The notes under the pieces are model-generated. The model made no database searches. It had not been told where the DNA came from and was given only the letters and a program-made list of their open reading frames with translations. Shown here one piece after another: positions 47,474 through 57,646 of a stretch of 64,000 nucleotides of DNA. Within the stretch, counting starts at the first letter, position 1; each line of letters starts with the position of its first letter. The DNA is taken from the IMG/VR virus record IMGVR_UViG_3300030202_003189, positions 1 to 64,000 of that record. One strand, given 5' to 3'. Both the position numbers and the translations under genes were made by a program.

Positions 47474-48547
47474 ATGAGTAAAATTAAACTAGAGTATATT
47501 TGGTTGGATGGTTATAACCCAGAACAAAACATAAGAAGTAAGACTAAAATACTTGACGTAAAAGAATTAGATGGTGGAATTCTAGCACAAAATCTACCGG
47601 TGTGGTCTTTTGATGGTAGTTCTACAAAACAAGCGGCAGGAGATAATTCAGATTGTCTACTCCAACCGGTACACCTTATTAAAGACCCAACCAGAAACGA
47701 AGGTTATATCGTTTTATGTGAGGTATTAAATGCCGATTGGACTCCACATAAGAGTAATACACGACATAAATTAAGAGAATTAGAGAGGGTGGCTAAAAAA
47801 CACAAGTTTTGGTTTGCTTTTGAACAGGAGTATGTATTAACTAATATACAGGGGAGGCCGTTAGGGTTTCCAACTATAGGATACCCAAAACCACAGGGAG
47901 AATTTTATTGTGGTCTTGGTTCAGAAAATGTAGAAGGAAGAGATGTGGTAGAAGAACACTTAGACTTATGTTTAGAGGCTGGTCTAGATATTACCGGAAT
48001 AAACGCAGAAGTAATGATTGGACAATGGGAATACCAACTCATGGGCAAAGATTCTCCTCTTAAGTCAGCTGACGACCTAATACTATCAAGATATCTTCTA
48101 ATAAAATGTATGGAAAGATTCCAAGTAACGGTAGATTGGAAACCTAAACCAATTGAGGGCGATTGGAATGGTTCCGGGATGCATGTTAATTTTTCAACCA
48201 AGGAAACTAGAGAAAAGGGTGGAAAAGAGATGTTTGATGATATTTGTGAGAGTCTAGGTTTATACCATAAAGAACACATAGAGGTTTATGGAAACGATAA
48301 TGATAAGAGATTAACTGGACTACATGAGACTCAATCCATAGAAAAGTTTAGTCACGGAGTAAGTGATAGAGGTGCAAGTATTAGAATACCAATATCGACA
48401 GTTAAAAATAACTGGAAGGGTTATCTAGAAGATAGAAGACCAGCAAGTAATGGAGACCCGTACCTAATCATTGAAAAGTTAGTTTCGACTGTTTCAACAT
48501 CCTTAACTAGTAAAGAAAAACAGAAATCTTTAGTCTTGAAAAAATAA
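47474..48547 (+). CDS. glnA: Glutamine synthetase type II
   Basis: LEYIWLDG, WSFDGSST, INAEVMIGQWEYQ, DWNGSGMHVNFS, RLTGLHET, DRGASIRIP, YLEDRRPASNGDPY. Confidence 0.97.
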   Translation: MSKIKLEYIWLDGYNPEQNIRSKTKILDVKELDGGILAQNLPVWSFDGSSTKQAAGDNSDCLLQPVHLIKDPTRNEGYIVLCEVLNADWTPHKSNTRHKLRELERVAKKHKFWFAFEQEYVLTNIQGRPLGFPTIGYPKPQGEFYCGLGSENVEGRDVVEEHLDLCLEAGLDITGINAEVMIGQWEYQLMGKDSPLKSADDLILSRYLLIKCMERFQVTVDWKPKPIEGDWNGSGMHVNFSTKETREKGGKEMFDDICESLGLYHKEHIEVYGNDNDKRLTGLHETQSIEKFSHGVSDRGASIRIPISTVKNNWKGYLEDRRPASNGDPYLIIEKLVSTVSTSLTSKEKQKSLVLKK

Positions 48548-48575
48548 AGATAAATTATCTGATATTTATCTTTAT

Positions 48576-49979
48576 ATGAAACGAGTAAAACTAACCGAGT
48601 TTGAGATACATAGTTTAATAGATAGAGTTCTATTAAAAGAAACTGGTATTCGAGATATTAAGAAATTGGCTCAAAGATATCCTAAAGCTGAAATATATTT
48701 TCACCAAGATACTGATGGGGTTGCGACCGCAATCGCAATGAGAGAATACTTAAAAAATAACGGTATAGAAACCGTGGATTCTCATGTTATACAATATGGG
48801 GAAAAGGAATTTCAAGTAAAGAAACCAGACGCAACGGGTGATGTTATGCCAGTTCTTGTAGATTTTGCACACGGTAAGCCACAATTCACAATCCATACTG
48901 ATCACCATGACTCTCAGTCTGGGGTAGAAAAAGATACCTCAACGCAGTTTCGAGGTGCGAGATCAAATGTAGAGACTATTTCTCAAGTGGTTAGTCCTAG
49001 TGATATTTTTTCTAATGAGGATATCGCAATGATATCAGCGGTTGATTCTGCGGATTTTGTTAAACACGGTATAAAACCTGAAGACGTTATGAACTTTATG
49101 TTAAATATAGATAAACAGAAACCATCTTCAGAAAATAAAAAAATGATAGGACTTCTAACCAATAAGTTGTTATTGGCTTATAAAAATAAACCTGACTTTT
49201 TAGAAAGTTTAGTGATGAATTCCTCACCTTCACTCCTAAACATATTAATTAATATTAAAAAAATAGCGGCAGAAAAAGGATACGCAACACCAGAAGAGAT
49301 GTTACAAAATCAAACAGATTACATTGAGCGACAAAAAAGTAGTGACAAGGTTAAGTATGAAGACGGTATTATTTCACAATACGGAGGTGGGTATTTAATG
49401 AAACCAGGATCGTACGATCGTTACGTACCATTTAAGAATCATCCAGACGCTAATTTCTTTGTAATTGCGTGGCCAATGGGGTTAGTTCAAGCCTCATGTA
49501 ATCCGTTTAAGGAAGAGAGAAGTCTAAAAGGTATTAATTTAGGTGATATCGCTCAAGAAGTGTTAAATGAATATAGAACCGTTTTAGAAAATGAAAAGAT
49601 AACAATAGATAGAATAAAATGGACTAGTGAACGTAAAACAGAAGAATTTAGTTCTGGGTTTGGTTTAGCTGACCTTAAGGCTTTTTATGGGGACAATATA
49701 AAAGGAATAGACTTAAATAAAGATTCTAGTTATGTTAATCTTTTTAAGAATATTATGGATAAACCACAAAATAAACTTTCTAATAAACAACAAAAAATCT
49801 TAAAAACTGGTTGGGTTTCTGCTTGGGACATTATCCAAGCAAATTCTGGAGGACATAAATGTATAACTAATATCAGCGGAATAATGTATTTACCTAAAGA
49901 AATGAAGAAAGACATGTTGGTAGGGTTTCAACAAGGTATAATCTCAGTCCTCAAGGAAAGAATCAAAAACCAAAAATAA
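48576..49979 (+). CDS. DHH-family phosphoesterase with LxE leader
   Basis: FHQDTDG, VLVDFAHG, HTDHH and GGH motifs; MKRVKLTEFEIHSLIDRVLLKE leader. Confidence 0.85.
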   Translation: MKRVKLTEFEIHSLIDRVLLKETGIRDIKKLAQRYPKAEIYFHQDTDGVATAIAMREYLKNNGIETVDSHVIQYGEKEFQVKKPDATGDVMPVLVDFAHGKPQFTIHTDHHDSQSGVEKDTSTQFRGARSNVETISQVVSPSDIFSNEDIAMISAVDSADFVKHGIKPEDVMNFMLNIDKQKPSSENKKMIGLLTNKLLLAYKNKPDFLESLVMNSSPSLLNILINIKKIAAEKGYATPEEMLQNQTDYIERQKSSDKVKYEDGIISQYGGGYLMKPGSYDRYVPFKNHPDANFFVIAWPMGLVQASCNPFKEERSLKGINLGDIAQEVLNEYRTVLENEKITIDRIKWTSERKTEEFSSGFGLADLKAFYGDNIKGIDLNKDSSYVNLFKNIMDKPQNKLSNKQQKILKTGWVSAWDIIQANSGGHKCITNISGIMYLPKEMKKDMLVGFQQGIISVLKERIKNQK

Positions 49980-50543
49980 ATAAGGGTCTACTTTTTGTCC
50001 TTTAACACTAATTTCATAATGTAGGTGTTGTCCTGTTGACGAACCAGTACTTCCACATTTTCCTAGTGGCGTTCCTTTATTAACAAATTGTCCTCTTTTT
50101 ACAAAAATTCTAGAAAGATGTGCGTACTTACTGGAGTACCCTAGTGTATGGTCAATTATCACACACTTACCGTATCCAGAGTTCCATCCAGACATTGTTA
50201 CGACTCCCATTCCTGTGGCAAATACGGTGTCCCACCGTGTTCCTTTTAAGTCAATACCAGAATGCATTCTCCAACCACCTCCAAAAGGAGTTCTTCTAAA
50301 TCCAAAATCTGAAGATATATGTATGGTGTCAAGAGGGGATCCTAGGGGTAATGAATCTAAAGCGGTTTGATATACTTTATTTATACTATCTACTTGGTGT
50401 TTGAATAGGGTTTTTTCCACCTCTAAATCTAAAGTTAAATTTTCTACATTTGTTTGAAACTTTTGGGTTTGATTCGTCGTATAATACAACAGACACCCCA
50501 ATAAAGAAATTGTTATCACTGTTCTGAATGTCTTTTTACTCAT
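49944..50543 (-). CDS. M23 family peptidase (cell-wall hydrolase) with N-terminal TM/signal
   Basis: SSDFGFR, MHSGID (HxxxD), GYGKCV, YAHL, GSSTGQHLHYE (HxH). Confidence 0.93.
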   Translation of the reverse strand: MSKKTFRTVITISLLGCLLYYTTNQTQKFQTNVENLTLDLEVEKTLFKHQVDSINKVYQTALDSLPLGSPLDTIHISSDFGFRRTPFGGGWRMHSGIDLKGTRWDTVFATGMGVVTMSGWNSGYGKCVIIDHTLGYSSKYAHLSRIFVKRGQFVNKGTPLGKCGSTGSSTGQHLHYEISVKGQKVDPYLFLVFDSFLED

Positions 50544-50547
50544 TTAA

Positions 50548-50579
50548 TTTGGTATTATCAACTATTTATTGTATCTTTG
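50548..50579 (+). promoter_or_regulatory. Bacteroidota promoter TTTG-N20-TATCTTTG
   Basis: Exact consensus and spacing upstream of ORF 50610. Confidence 0.75.
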
Positions 50580-50609
50580 TACTAATATTAATCACTTAAA
50601 ATAAATACT

Positions 50610-50867
50610 ATGTTTGAATACATCCTTTACTACCTTCTAGTTTCAGCTTTAATTATGACTTACTTCGTTCAAGTTAATGAAAAAATGATATACGACGCTT
50701 ATGTGAGATTCGAAGAGAAGAGAGGAGAAACTCCAAGTAAAGGATGGTTCAATTTTTATATATTCATTCAATATGTTAAATCTCCAGTTTACAGCCCTTT
50801 AATCCTTGTTAATATTTTATTAGGTGGAGGAGGAAAGATACTAGAAGAAGACAGAAATGAAGCATAA
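50610..50867 (+). CDS. Small membrane protein
   Basis: 85 aa, two hydrophobic segments. Confidence 0.75.
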   Translation: MFEYILYYLLVSALIMTYFVQVNEKMIYDAYVRFEEKRGETPSKGWFNFYIFIQYVKSPVYSPLILVNILLGGGGKILEEDRNEA

Positions 50868-50891
50868 AAAAAACCCCGAAAGGGGTTTTTT
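50866..50891. terminator. Bidirectional intrinsic terminator
   Basis: AAAAAAACCCC-GAAA-GGGGTTTTTT. Confidence 0.9.
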
Positions 50892-50913
50892 ATTTTAATA
50901 TTATTTCTATTGT

Positions 50914-51462
50914 CTAAAAATCGTCAAAATAAGTTTTTGAAGGACCAAACTCACAACTATCGGCATTACCTTCTTCACAACCTTCCGCTTTTTTATTCGT
51001 AATAGGTTTTAAGTCAGCTAATTGTGAATATAACCATTCCGGATCCACTTTTCTTTGTGATTGTCCAGAACCTACGTAAGTCCCAATAACTGTCATAGTG
51101 TTATATAATCTAATAATACTATTCTTAATCATATCACCAACTTGAGTCTCCTTCCACATTTCGTGAGCTTTTTCAAGACTCTTAATTATCTCCTCAATAC
51201 CACTAGCAGCAGATGATCCTGGATTTCTACCTCCAGCCCACTCTGATTGATCTTCAGTAAGTAGCGGAGTGTAGTTTCTAAGGTTTAGTGGATATCCCTC
51301 TTTTATAATCCCAATTCTAATTTTATTGTATATATTATTAACATCTTCCGTTAACGCTCTCCAATTTAATTGTGGTGTTCCAGAGGTAATTCTTTTTCCT
51401 CTATTAAGTGATTCGGAGATTAATTTTTGTAAGTCTTTCTTCTTTACGATAGTTTTTACCAT
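50914..51462 (-). CDS. LxE-punctuated hypothetical protein
   Basis: LISES, LTED, IIKEG and LLTED sites; TATTTATT upstream. Confidence 0.8.
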   Translation of the reverse strand: MVKTIVKKKDLQKLISESLNRGKRITSGTPQLNWRALTEDVNNIYNKIRIGIIKEGYPLNLRNYTPLLTEDQSEWAGGRNPGSSAASGIEEIIKSLEKAHEMWKETQVGDMIKNSIIRLYNTMTVIGTYVGSGQSQRKVDPEWLYSQLADLKPITNKKAEGCEEGNADSCEFGPSKTYFDDF

Positions 51463-51506
51463 GGTTTTGTTTTATTAATAAATATTGCAAATGTTAAGAA
51501 TGTGCC

Positions 51507-53960
51507 TTAACTCACCTTAACTTTTATTTTATTTGTTTTTTTATCGTAACTTAATGATAGTGTTGATCCCTTTTTAACAGAAGATCTTAACATTTCTTCG
51601 GCTATGGCATCTTCTAGATAATTAGAAATTGCTCTATTCATTGGTCTAGCACCATACTTATCACTATATCCCTTTTTCATTACAAGATCTTTTGCGCTTT
51701 TATTGACCTTAATAGTGTAACCCATTTCTAACATTCTCTCTTTAAGGAACCCTAAATGTACTTCTAGTATCTTAGAAATATTATCTTTTGAGAGTTTATT
51801 GAAAACTACAATATCGTCTAACCTATTAATAAATTCAGGATTGAATCTCTTCTTCAAATTCTTGTCAATTATTGATTGTACTCTTTCTTCATAGTAGTCA
51901 TCACTATTTGAAGTTCTAAATCCTACACCTTCTCCAAAATCGTCTACTTCTCTCATACCGATATTTGAGGTTAAAACAACTAAACAATTTCTAAAATTAA
52001 CTTTTCTTCCCATCCCATCTGTCATAAACCCATCATCTAAAAGTTGTAATAAAGAGTGAAATATATCCGGATGTGCTTTTTCCACCTCATCAAAAAGTAC
52101 CAAAGAATACGGTTTACGTCTAACTTTTTCGGTTAATTGTCCCCCTTCATTGTATCCAACATAACCCGGAGGTGAACCTATCATTTTTGTTGCTGCAAAC
52201 TTCTCAGCGTATTCCGACATATCTACCCTAATTAAAGAATCCTCACTACCAAAAACTTCAAGAGCTAGTTGATTTGCTAATTCTGTTTTTCCAACACCTG
52301 TTGGACCCAAAAACATAAAACTACCTATTGGTTTATTAGGATTTTTAATACCGACTCTATTTCTTCTTAAAGATTTACAAACCTTATCAATTGCCAAATC
52401 TTGTCCGATAATCGAAGATTTTAGTACTTTATCTATATCTAATAGTTTTTGGGACTCATCCTCACTAAGTTTAGTGACTGGGATATTAGTACTTGTAGAT
52501 ATAACCTTTAATATTTGTTCTTCGTCGACAATTGATCGGTCGTTCTGTAATTGGGTTTCCCAATGATCCACAAAGTTTTTTAAGTCAGTTTTTAGAGTTT
52601 TTTCTTTATCCCTAAGACTGGCAGCTTTTTCATATTGTTGTGAAATAACCACTTTATTTTTCTCTTCTTTTATCTGATCAATCTGCTTCTCAACCTCCTC
52701 GATTCTTTTAGGTGGTTGAGCATGAACAGCAACACTCGCCCCAGCTTCATCCAAAACATCTATCGCTTTATCTGGAAAATTTCTATCAGTAATGTATCTT
52801 TCAGATAACTCAACACACTTAATTATTGCTTCTTTAGTGTAAGATACTTTATGGTAATCTTCGTAGGTTTCTTTTATATTATTTAATATGGTAAGAGTTT
52901 CTTTTTTTGTTGGAGGATCAATCATAACTTTCTGAAATCTTCTTTCTAAAGCACCATCCTTCTCAATGTGTTCTCTATATTCATCAAGAGTTGTTGCTCC
53001 AATACACTGTATTTGACCTCTAGAAAGGGCCGGTTTTAAGATATTGGCGGCGTCCATTGATCCGGAAGAATTCCCTGCCCCTACCATAGTGTGTAACTCG
53101 TCAATGAACATAATTATATCTTTATCGCCTCTTACTTCATCTAATAATCCTTTTATTCGTTCCTCAAACTGACCTCGATATTTAGTACCCGCCACTAAAG
53201 AAGTTAAATCTAAAGAAACTACTCTTTTACCCATTAAGGGGCGAGGACACTTTTTCGTTATAATCTTAGTGGCCAATCCGTCAACAATTGAAGATTTCCC
53301 AACTCCTGGGTCCCCAATAAGAACAGGATTATTTTTCTTTCTTCTACTTAATATTTGTGCAATTCTATCTACTTCTTTTTCTCGCCCAATGACAGTGTCT
53401 AGTTTTCCATTTCTTGCTTCTTCTGTAACATCTAGACTAAAAGCATCTAAAATTGGTGTTCCACTCTTTTCTGTTGGGGTTTTTCCTGAGGGAGCTCCCT
53501 CCTCTTGACCAAACGGTTCTTCATTATACATCATACTCATACTTATTAATTCTTTTTTATAGGTTTTATATTCGACTCCAAATTTAAGCAAAAAACGCGA
53601 GACTCCCGAGCTTTTTTGTGCTAAAATTGATAACATTAAATGATGGGAGTTTATTTTGTTATCTTTTAACAGTTTTCTTTCATCATTAACATGATCTAGA
53701 ATTGATTGGGCGTCAGTGGTAAAAGGAATGACCATACGCAATTCCCGGTTCTCTGTGTCAATTGTTAATAACTCCTCTAATAAGGTAGTTATAGAGTCTA
53801 AATCTAACCCCAAATTCAATAATAGCTCACATGAGCTATTCCTCTCATGTTTTAGTATTCCCATGAATAAATGAATAGGTCTAATATATTCTGACTTATA
53901 AACGGTTGCAACGTCTAGACCAGTTCTTATGATTTCTTTCAATGGATATAATTCTTTCAT
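51507..53960 (-). CDS. clpC: ATP-dependent Clp protease ATP-binding subunit (ClpC-type)
   Basis: Clp_N repeats, [11 protein letters not shown] coiled coil, [20 protein letters not shown] (ClpP-docking-like) loop. Confidence 0.95.
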   Translation of the reverse strand: MKELYPLKEIIRTGLDVATVYKSEYIRPIHLFMGILKHERNSSCELLLNLGLDLDSITTLLEELLTIDTENRELRMVIPFTTDAQSILDHVNDERKLLKDNKINSHHLMLSILAQKSSGVSRFLLKFGVEYKTYKKELISMSMMYNEEPFGQEEGAPSGKTPTEKSGTPILDAFSLDVTEEARNGKLDTVIGREKEVDRIAQILSRRKKNNPVLIGDPGVGKSSIVDGLATKIITKKCPRPLMGKRVVSLDLTSLVAGTKYRGQFEERIKGLLDEVRGDKDIIMFIDELHTMVGAGNSSGSMDAANILKPALSRGQIQCIGATTLDEYREHIEKDGALERRFQKVMIDPPTKKETLTILNNIKETYEDYHKVSYTKEAIIKCVELSERYITDRNFPDKAIDVLDEAGASVAVHAQPPKRIEEVEKQIDQIKEEKNKVVISQQYEKAASLRDKEKTLKTDLKNFVDHWETQLQNDRSIVDEEQILKVISTSTNIPVTKLSEDESQKLLDIDKVLKSSIIGQDLAIDKVCKSLRRNRVGIKNPNKPIGSFMFLGPTGVGKTELANQLALEVFGSEDSLIRVDMSEYAEKFAATKMIGSPPGYVGYNEGGQLTEKVRRKPYSLVLFDEVEKAHPDIFHSLLQLLDDGFMTDGMGRKVNFRNCLVVLTSNIGMREVDDFGEGVGFRTSNSDDYYEERVQSIIDKNLKKRFNPEFINRLDDIVVFNKLSKDNISKILEVHLGFLKERMLEMGYTIKVNKSAKDLVMKKGYSDKYGARPMNRAISNYLEDAIAEEMLRSSVKKGSTLSLSYDKKTNKIKVKVS

Positions 53961-54045
53961 ATAATCAAATATAGTAATAAAGTATCTTTAATAAAGAATT
54001 TATTTATTAAAGAAAATTAGTATTATTAAATAAATACTTATTATT

Positions 54046-54279
54046 ATGATAGACCCTATAACCAAAGACAAGAGTAAAATATATAAAAAGATTGAGTTAC
54101 TCGTTAAAACGAAAGGTACACAAAGTCAATATAAATTAACTTATGAAAATTCCGCGATGTTAATATCTGGTAATTTTATAATAATAATATCACTTAAAGA
54201 AGGACACCAAGAAGGAGAAATATATAATTTAGATGACATTAAGTCTTATCGAACTAACCTAGAAAAAATAGTATTATAA
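54046..54279 (+). CDS. Hypothetical protein
   Basis: 77-aa ORF. Confidence 0.7.
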   Translation: MIDPITKDKSKIYKKIELLVKTKGTQSQYKLTYENSAMLISGNFIIIISLKEGHQEGEIYNLDDIKSYRTNLEKIVL

Positions 54280-54280
54280 T

Positions 54281-54628
54281 ATGTTAATAAAAAAAGTTAC
54301 AGAAAAAAAAGACGTAATAGAATCGTATTATAATTCTTCTAATATACTTAAGTCAGTTTACCATGTAGACACTAAAGATTTAGACGTAGTGTTCAAAAGA
54401 GGGGCGGTATATCGTTATGTGGATGTTCCCCTCAAGTTATTTGAACAGTTTGAAAGAGATCAAAGTCAAGGAAAATTCCTTAATAAAAGAATTAAGGATA
54501 CCTACACAACTAATAAAGTGGCCGATGTTAATACACAACAATTAGTAGAGTCTATAAATAAGATGATACAAAGAGATGGTAAGATAAACTCAATTATAGG
54601 AAATTCTACAGACACTGAAGTAAACTAA
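54281..54628 (+). CDS. KTSC-domain protein
   Basis: SSNI..Y...LDVVFKRGAVYRYVDVP...SQGKFLNKRIK. Confidence 0.88.
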   Translation: MLIKKVTEKKDVIESYYNSSNILKSVYHVDTKDLDVVFKRGAVYRYVDVPLKLFEQFERDQSQGKFLNKRIKDTYTTNKVADVNTQQLVESINKMIQRDGKINSIIGNSTDTEVN

Positions 54629-54641
54629 TTAATTTATTTAA

Positions 54642-54649
54642 TATTTATA
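54642..54649 (+). promoter_or_regulatory. Putative phage late promoter TATTTATA
   Basis: TATTTATA-GTAT-ATG. Confidence 0.6.
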
Positions 54650-54653
54650 GTAT

Positions 54654-55409
54654 ATGGAAGACTATAATTTAGACAAAGCATCCTCAAGTACATTACAGGA
54701 TAATAATACCCTTTCCCCAGAAGTGTGGAATGAAGAAGGGGATTCATATATCATGAAACCAGAAATTCGTGAGAGATTAATAGAAATTGCGGATGACTTT
54801 TATGAATTTCTTAAAGTGGATGTTGGATTGATGGATATTACACTTACCGGTAGTTTATCAAACTACAACTACTCAAAATATTCAGATTTCGACCTTCATT
54901 TAATTATTGATTATAATAAAGTAGATGCTGACCATGAATTAGTTGATGATTTTTTTAATATGAAAAAGACTATTTGGAATACAAGACATGATATAACAAT
55001 TAAAGACTTCGATGTTGAGGTTTATGCTCAAGACGTAAATGAGCCTCACCACTCAACTGGAGTTTATTCCGTTAAAGATGACGAATGGATAGTCGAACCT
55101 AAGAAAGAAGAAGTAAAAGTAGATAAGAATGAGGTTTATAAGAAATCAAAATCTTGGTCTAAACAAATAGACAATATAGAAAAGTTCTATAAAAAGGGAA
55201 AATATGATAAGGTCATTGGATTAGTAGATAAACTGAAAGAAAAATTAAAGAATTATCGATCAATCGGATTAGATAAAAAGGGAGAGTATGCGATTGAAAA
55301 TTTAGTGTTCAAAGTACTAAGGAGAAGTGGGTATATTGGTCGGTTAAATGATATGAAAGAGGATTCATATGATGAAAAGATGACAATAAAAGAATATAAC
55401 AGAAAATAA
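54654..55409 (+). CDS. DNA polymerase beta superfamily nucleotidyltransferase
   Basis: LTGSLSNYNYSKYSDFDLH (GS..DxD) plus a third acidic residue in DVEVY. Confidence 0.85.
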   Translation: MEDYNLDKASSSTLQDNNTLSPEVWNEEGDSYIMKPEIRERLIEIADDFYEFLKVDVGLMDITLTGSLSNYNYSKYSDFDLHLIIDYNKVDADHELVDDFFNMKKTIWNTRHDITIKDFDVEVYAQDVNEPHHSTGVYSVKDDEWIVEPKKEEVKVDKNEVYKKSKSWSKQIDNIEKFYKKGKYDKVIGLVDKLKEKLKNYRSIGLDKKGEYAIENLVFKVLRRSGYIGRLNDMKEDSYDEKMTIKEYNRK

Positions 55410-55437
55410 ACATATTTATATAAAAAGAATTAAATAG

Positions 55438-55935
55438 ATGGCAAGTAACGCATGGAATAATTATTACGGAAGTTTACCTCAATATCTTATTGATTTGGGG
55501 GCTTTAACTATAGGAACTACTGGAGGCACTGCTTCATACGGGGCTCTAGATATCGACCTAACACACAAACCTTATAGTGGTTTTGTTTGTACTGACCTAT
55601 ATTTACAAATACCAGCAGTTGTTGGTCAAATAACTACTTCTCAAACAGTGGCTGGCGGATTGGGTACTGCAGGGATAACATTAACTGTACCAGCAGAAGG
55701 GTTAAGATGGACTTTTAATGGAGGGTCTATTAGATCTTACACTGCCGGCGAATTAGCCGCTGGGTGTTTCTGTCCTAATCCATGTAGTATAGAAGGTACT
55801 ACATTCGAAATGCAACCATTGGGAGCTGGGGCGGCTAAGAGAGTAAGACAAGTCAACCAAGCGGGTCAATCTGAAACACTTATTGGTGGTGGTTCATTTA
55901 ATAACACAACTTGGCCAGGACAAGGAACAATATAA
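55438..55935 (+). CDS. Hypothetical Gly/Thr-rich protein, possibly virion structural
   Basis: TATTTATA at 55413; beta-rich composition. Confidence 0.75.
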   Translation: MASNAWNNYYGSLPQYLIDLGALTIGTTGGTASYGALDIDLTHKPYSGFVCTDLYLQIPAVVGQITTSQTVAGGLGTAGITLTVPAEGLRWTFNGGSIRSYTAGELAAGCFCPNPCSIEGTTFEMQPLGAGAAKRVRQVNQAGQSETLIGGGSFNNTTWPGQGTI

Positions 55936-55945
55936 AAATAGATAG

Positions 55946-57208
55946 ATGAGTTTACAAGGAAGAAAACAAATAGATAGAATGCATGAGTTAATGAATTCTA
56001 TGAGTAGTAGTAAGGTAATCAAAAATCCAGTAGTACCTAAAGAAAAGAACGCTGTAGACGGAAAGACATATGGTATAGTAAAAGAAAATTCATACTATGT
56101 GATAAAAGAACACAATGGTAGAGGATATACTTACATAAACGGATTAAAAAATAAAACCGACTTCAAGTACAATTCTTATTCGGAGGCGATGAAACAAATG
56201 AATTTAATGTTTGGTTCTCTTAATGAAGCTTACGGATATAGAGAAGGGGTGGATCTATTTTCAGAAGATAAGAGATATGTTATAAGAAGACCAAAAACAC
56301 AAAAAGAGCAAGAAGAGATTGATGTTGCAGTTACTGACGACGAATTTGTGGATCCAAATCCATCTGTTGGTGCTGGACAAGTACCACAAGGACCTCCTCC
56401 ACCTACTACACCAAGAGATAACAGTAGAGCGAAGGCTACAGAGCCTGCACAACCAGATACACCACCAAAGGCACCAGGAGGTGGACCAGGGGCACCAACA
56501 CCAGCGGGAAAACCAGGGGCACCAACACCAGCGGGAAAACCAGGGATGCCGACACCAGCAGGAAAACCAAATATACCAACACCAGCAGGAAAACCAAATA
56601 TACCAACACCAGCAGGAAGACCTACATCTACGGGAAGTGTGGATTTTGATTCAGAAGTTGCTTCAATAGAAAGAGAACTAGGAGGAGGTGAAGAAACACC
56701 AGAGAAAGAGATACAATCGTTAACTGGTAAGTTAGGACAAGCTTTAAGACAGGGTGAGGATCAGGATTTAGTAGATACCGAATTAACTAAATATGTTGTT
56801 AATTCAGTATTTTCGGCACTTAACTTAGGTGAGTTAACTGATGAAGATAAGTTAGATATTATTAAGAAAGTTAAAAATGCTGGTACAGGTGAAGAAGAGT
56901 TTGGTACTCCAGACACACCAGATATGGGTGGAACACCTAATAATTCACCACAAATTGGAATGCCGGGGGGTCATCCTGAAGAAGAAGATGACACTGAAAT
57001 GGAAATCGATGGGTTAGACACTGGAATGGATGACGAGTTAAATATAGATATCGATGATTTTGAGGACGAAGAAATGGCAGGAATGGAAGAAGATATGTTA
57101 TATGGTGATGGAGAAGAAAGTGATGGTGGGATTACAGATTTAACTCAGAGTTTAAGAGATTTTGTTGTAAAAACAGTTGATTCGTATATCGATACTAAAC
57201 AAGTCTAA
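55946..57208 (+). CDS. Putative head internal/scaffold-like protein with PTPAGK repeats
   Basis: QIDRMHELM leader, SLNEA site, Pro-rich and acidic regions, close to terminase. Confidence 0.8.
   Translation: MSLQGRKQIDRMHELMNSMSSSKVIKNPVVPKEKNAVDGKTYGIVKENSYYVIKEHNGRGYTYINGLKNKTDFKYNSYSEAMKQMNLMFGSLNEAYGYREGVDLFSEDKRYVIRRPKTQKEQEEIDVAVTDDEFVDPNPSVGAGQVPQGPPPPTTPRDNSRAKATEPAQPDTPPKAPGGGPGAPTPAGKPGAPTPAGKPGMPTPAGKPNIPTPAGKPNIPTPAGRPTSTGSVDFDSEVASIERELGGGEETPEKEIQSLTGKLGQALRQGEDQDLVDTELTKYVVNSVFSALNLGELTDEDKLDIIKKVKNAGTGEEEFGTPDTPDMGGTPNNSPQIGMPGGHPEEEDDTEMEIDGLDTGMDDELNIDIDDFEDEEMAGMEEDMLYGDGEESDGGITDLTQSLRDFVVKTVDSYIDTKQV
56486..56620 (+). repeat. Five tandem 27-bp repeats (PxxPTPAGK)
   Basis: Seen at DNA and protein level. 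Confidence 0.95.
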
Positions 57209-57219
57209 AACGTTTATAT

Positions 57220-57645
57220 ATGGAAACCTATCTTTGTTATATAAATAAAATGGGGGTTAACTATAAAGGGGAAAATCTCTATGAATTTATTTTCACTAGT
57301 AAAAATAATTTACCTTTGGTTGATGGTGAATCATGGGATAAGACTCCAGCAGATGGATTCCCATCCCCACCAAGTCCTAATTTCATAAAAGAAGTGTCAT
57401 CTTTAACTACGAGTGAAATAACTCTAAACGTTATTCAGGACTCCAATTTTTTTGGAGTTTATGATGCCGTAGATAATATAATTGCGTTGGGGTGGGAGAA
57501 TCTAGAGGAGGATTTTGAAGGTATGGAGAATGTAAAGAGATTAGTTTTTCACTATGGTGAAAATTCTCAGTCGGTGGCGGATAAACTCTATAGTAGAGAT
57601 ATAATCTTAGAAAGAACAAAAAGTAATAACTTAGTAACTAAATAA
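57220..57645 (+). CDS. Hypothetical protein
   Basis: 141-aa ORF in the head-gene cluster. Confidence 0.8.
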   Translation: METYLCYINKMGVNYKGENLYEFIFTSKNNLPLVDGESWDKTPADGFPSPPSPNFIKEVSSLTTSEITLNVIQDSNFFGVYDAVDNIIALGWENLEEDFEGMENVKRLVFHYGENSQSVADKLYSRDIILERTKSNNLVTK

Positions 57646-57646
57646 T

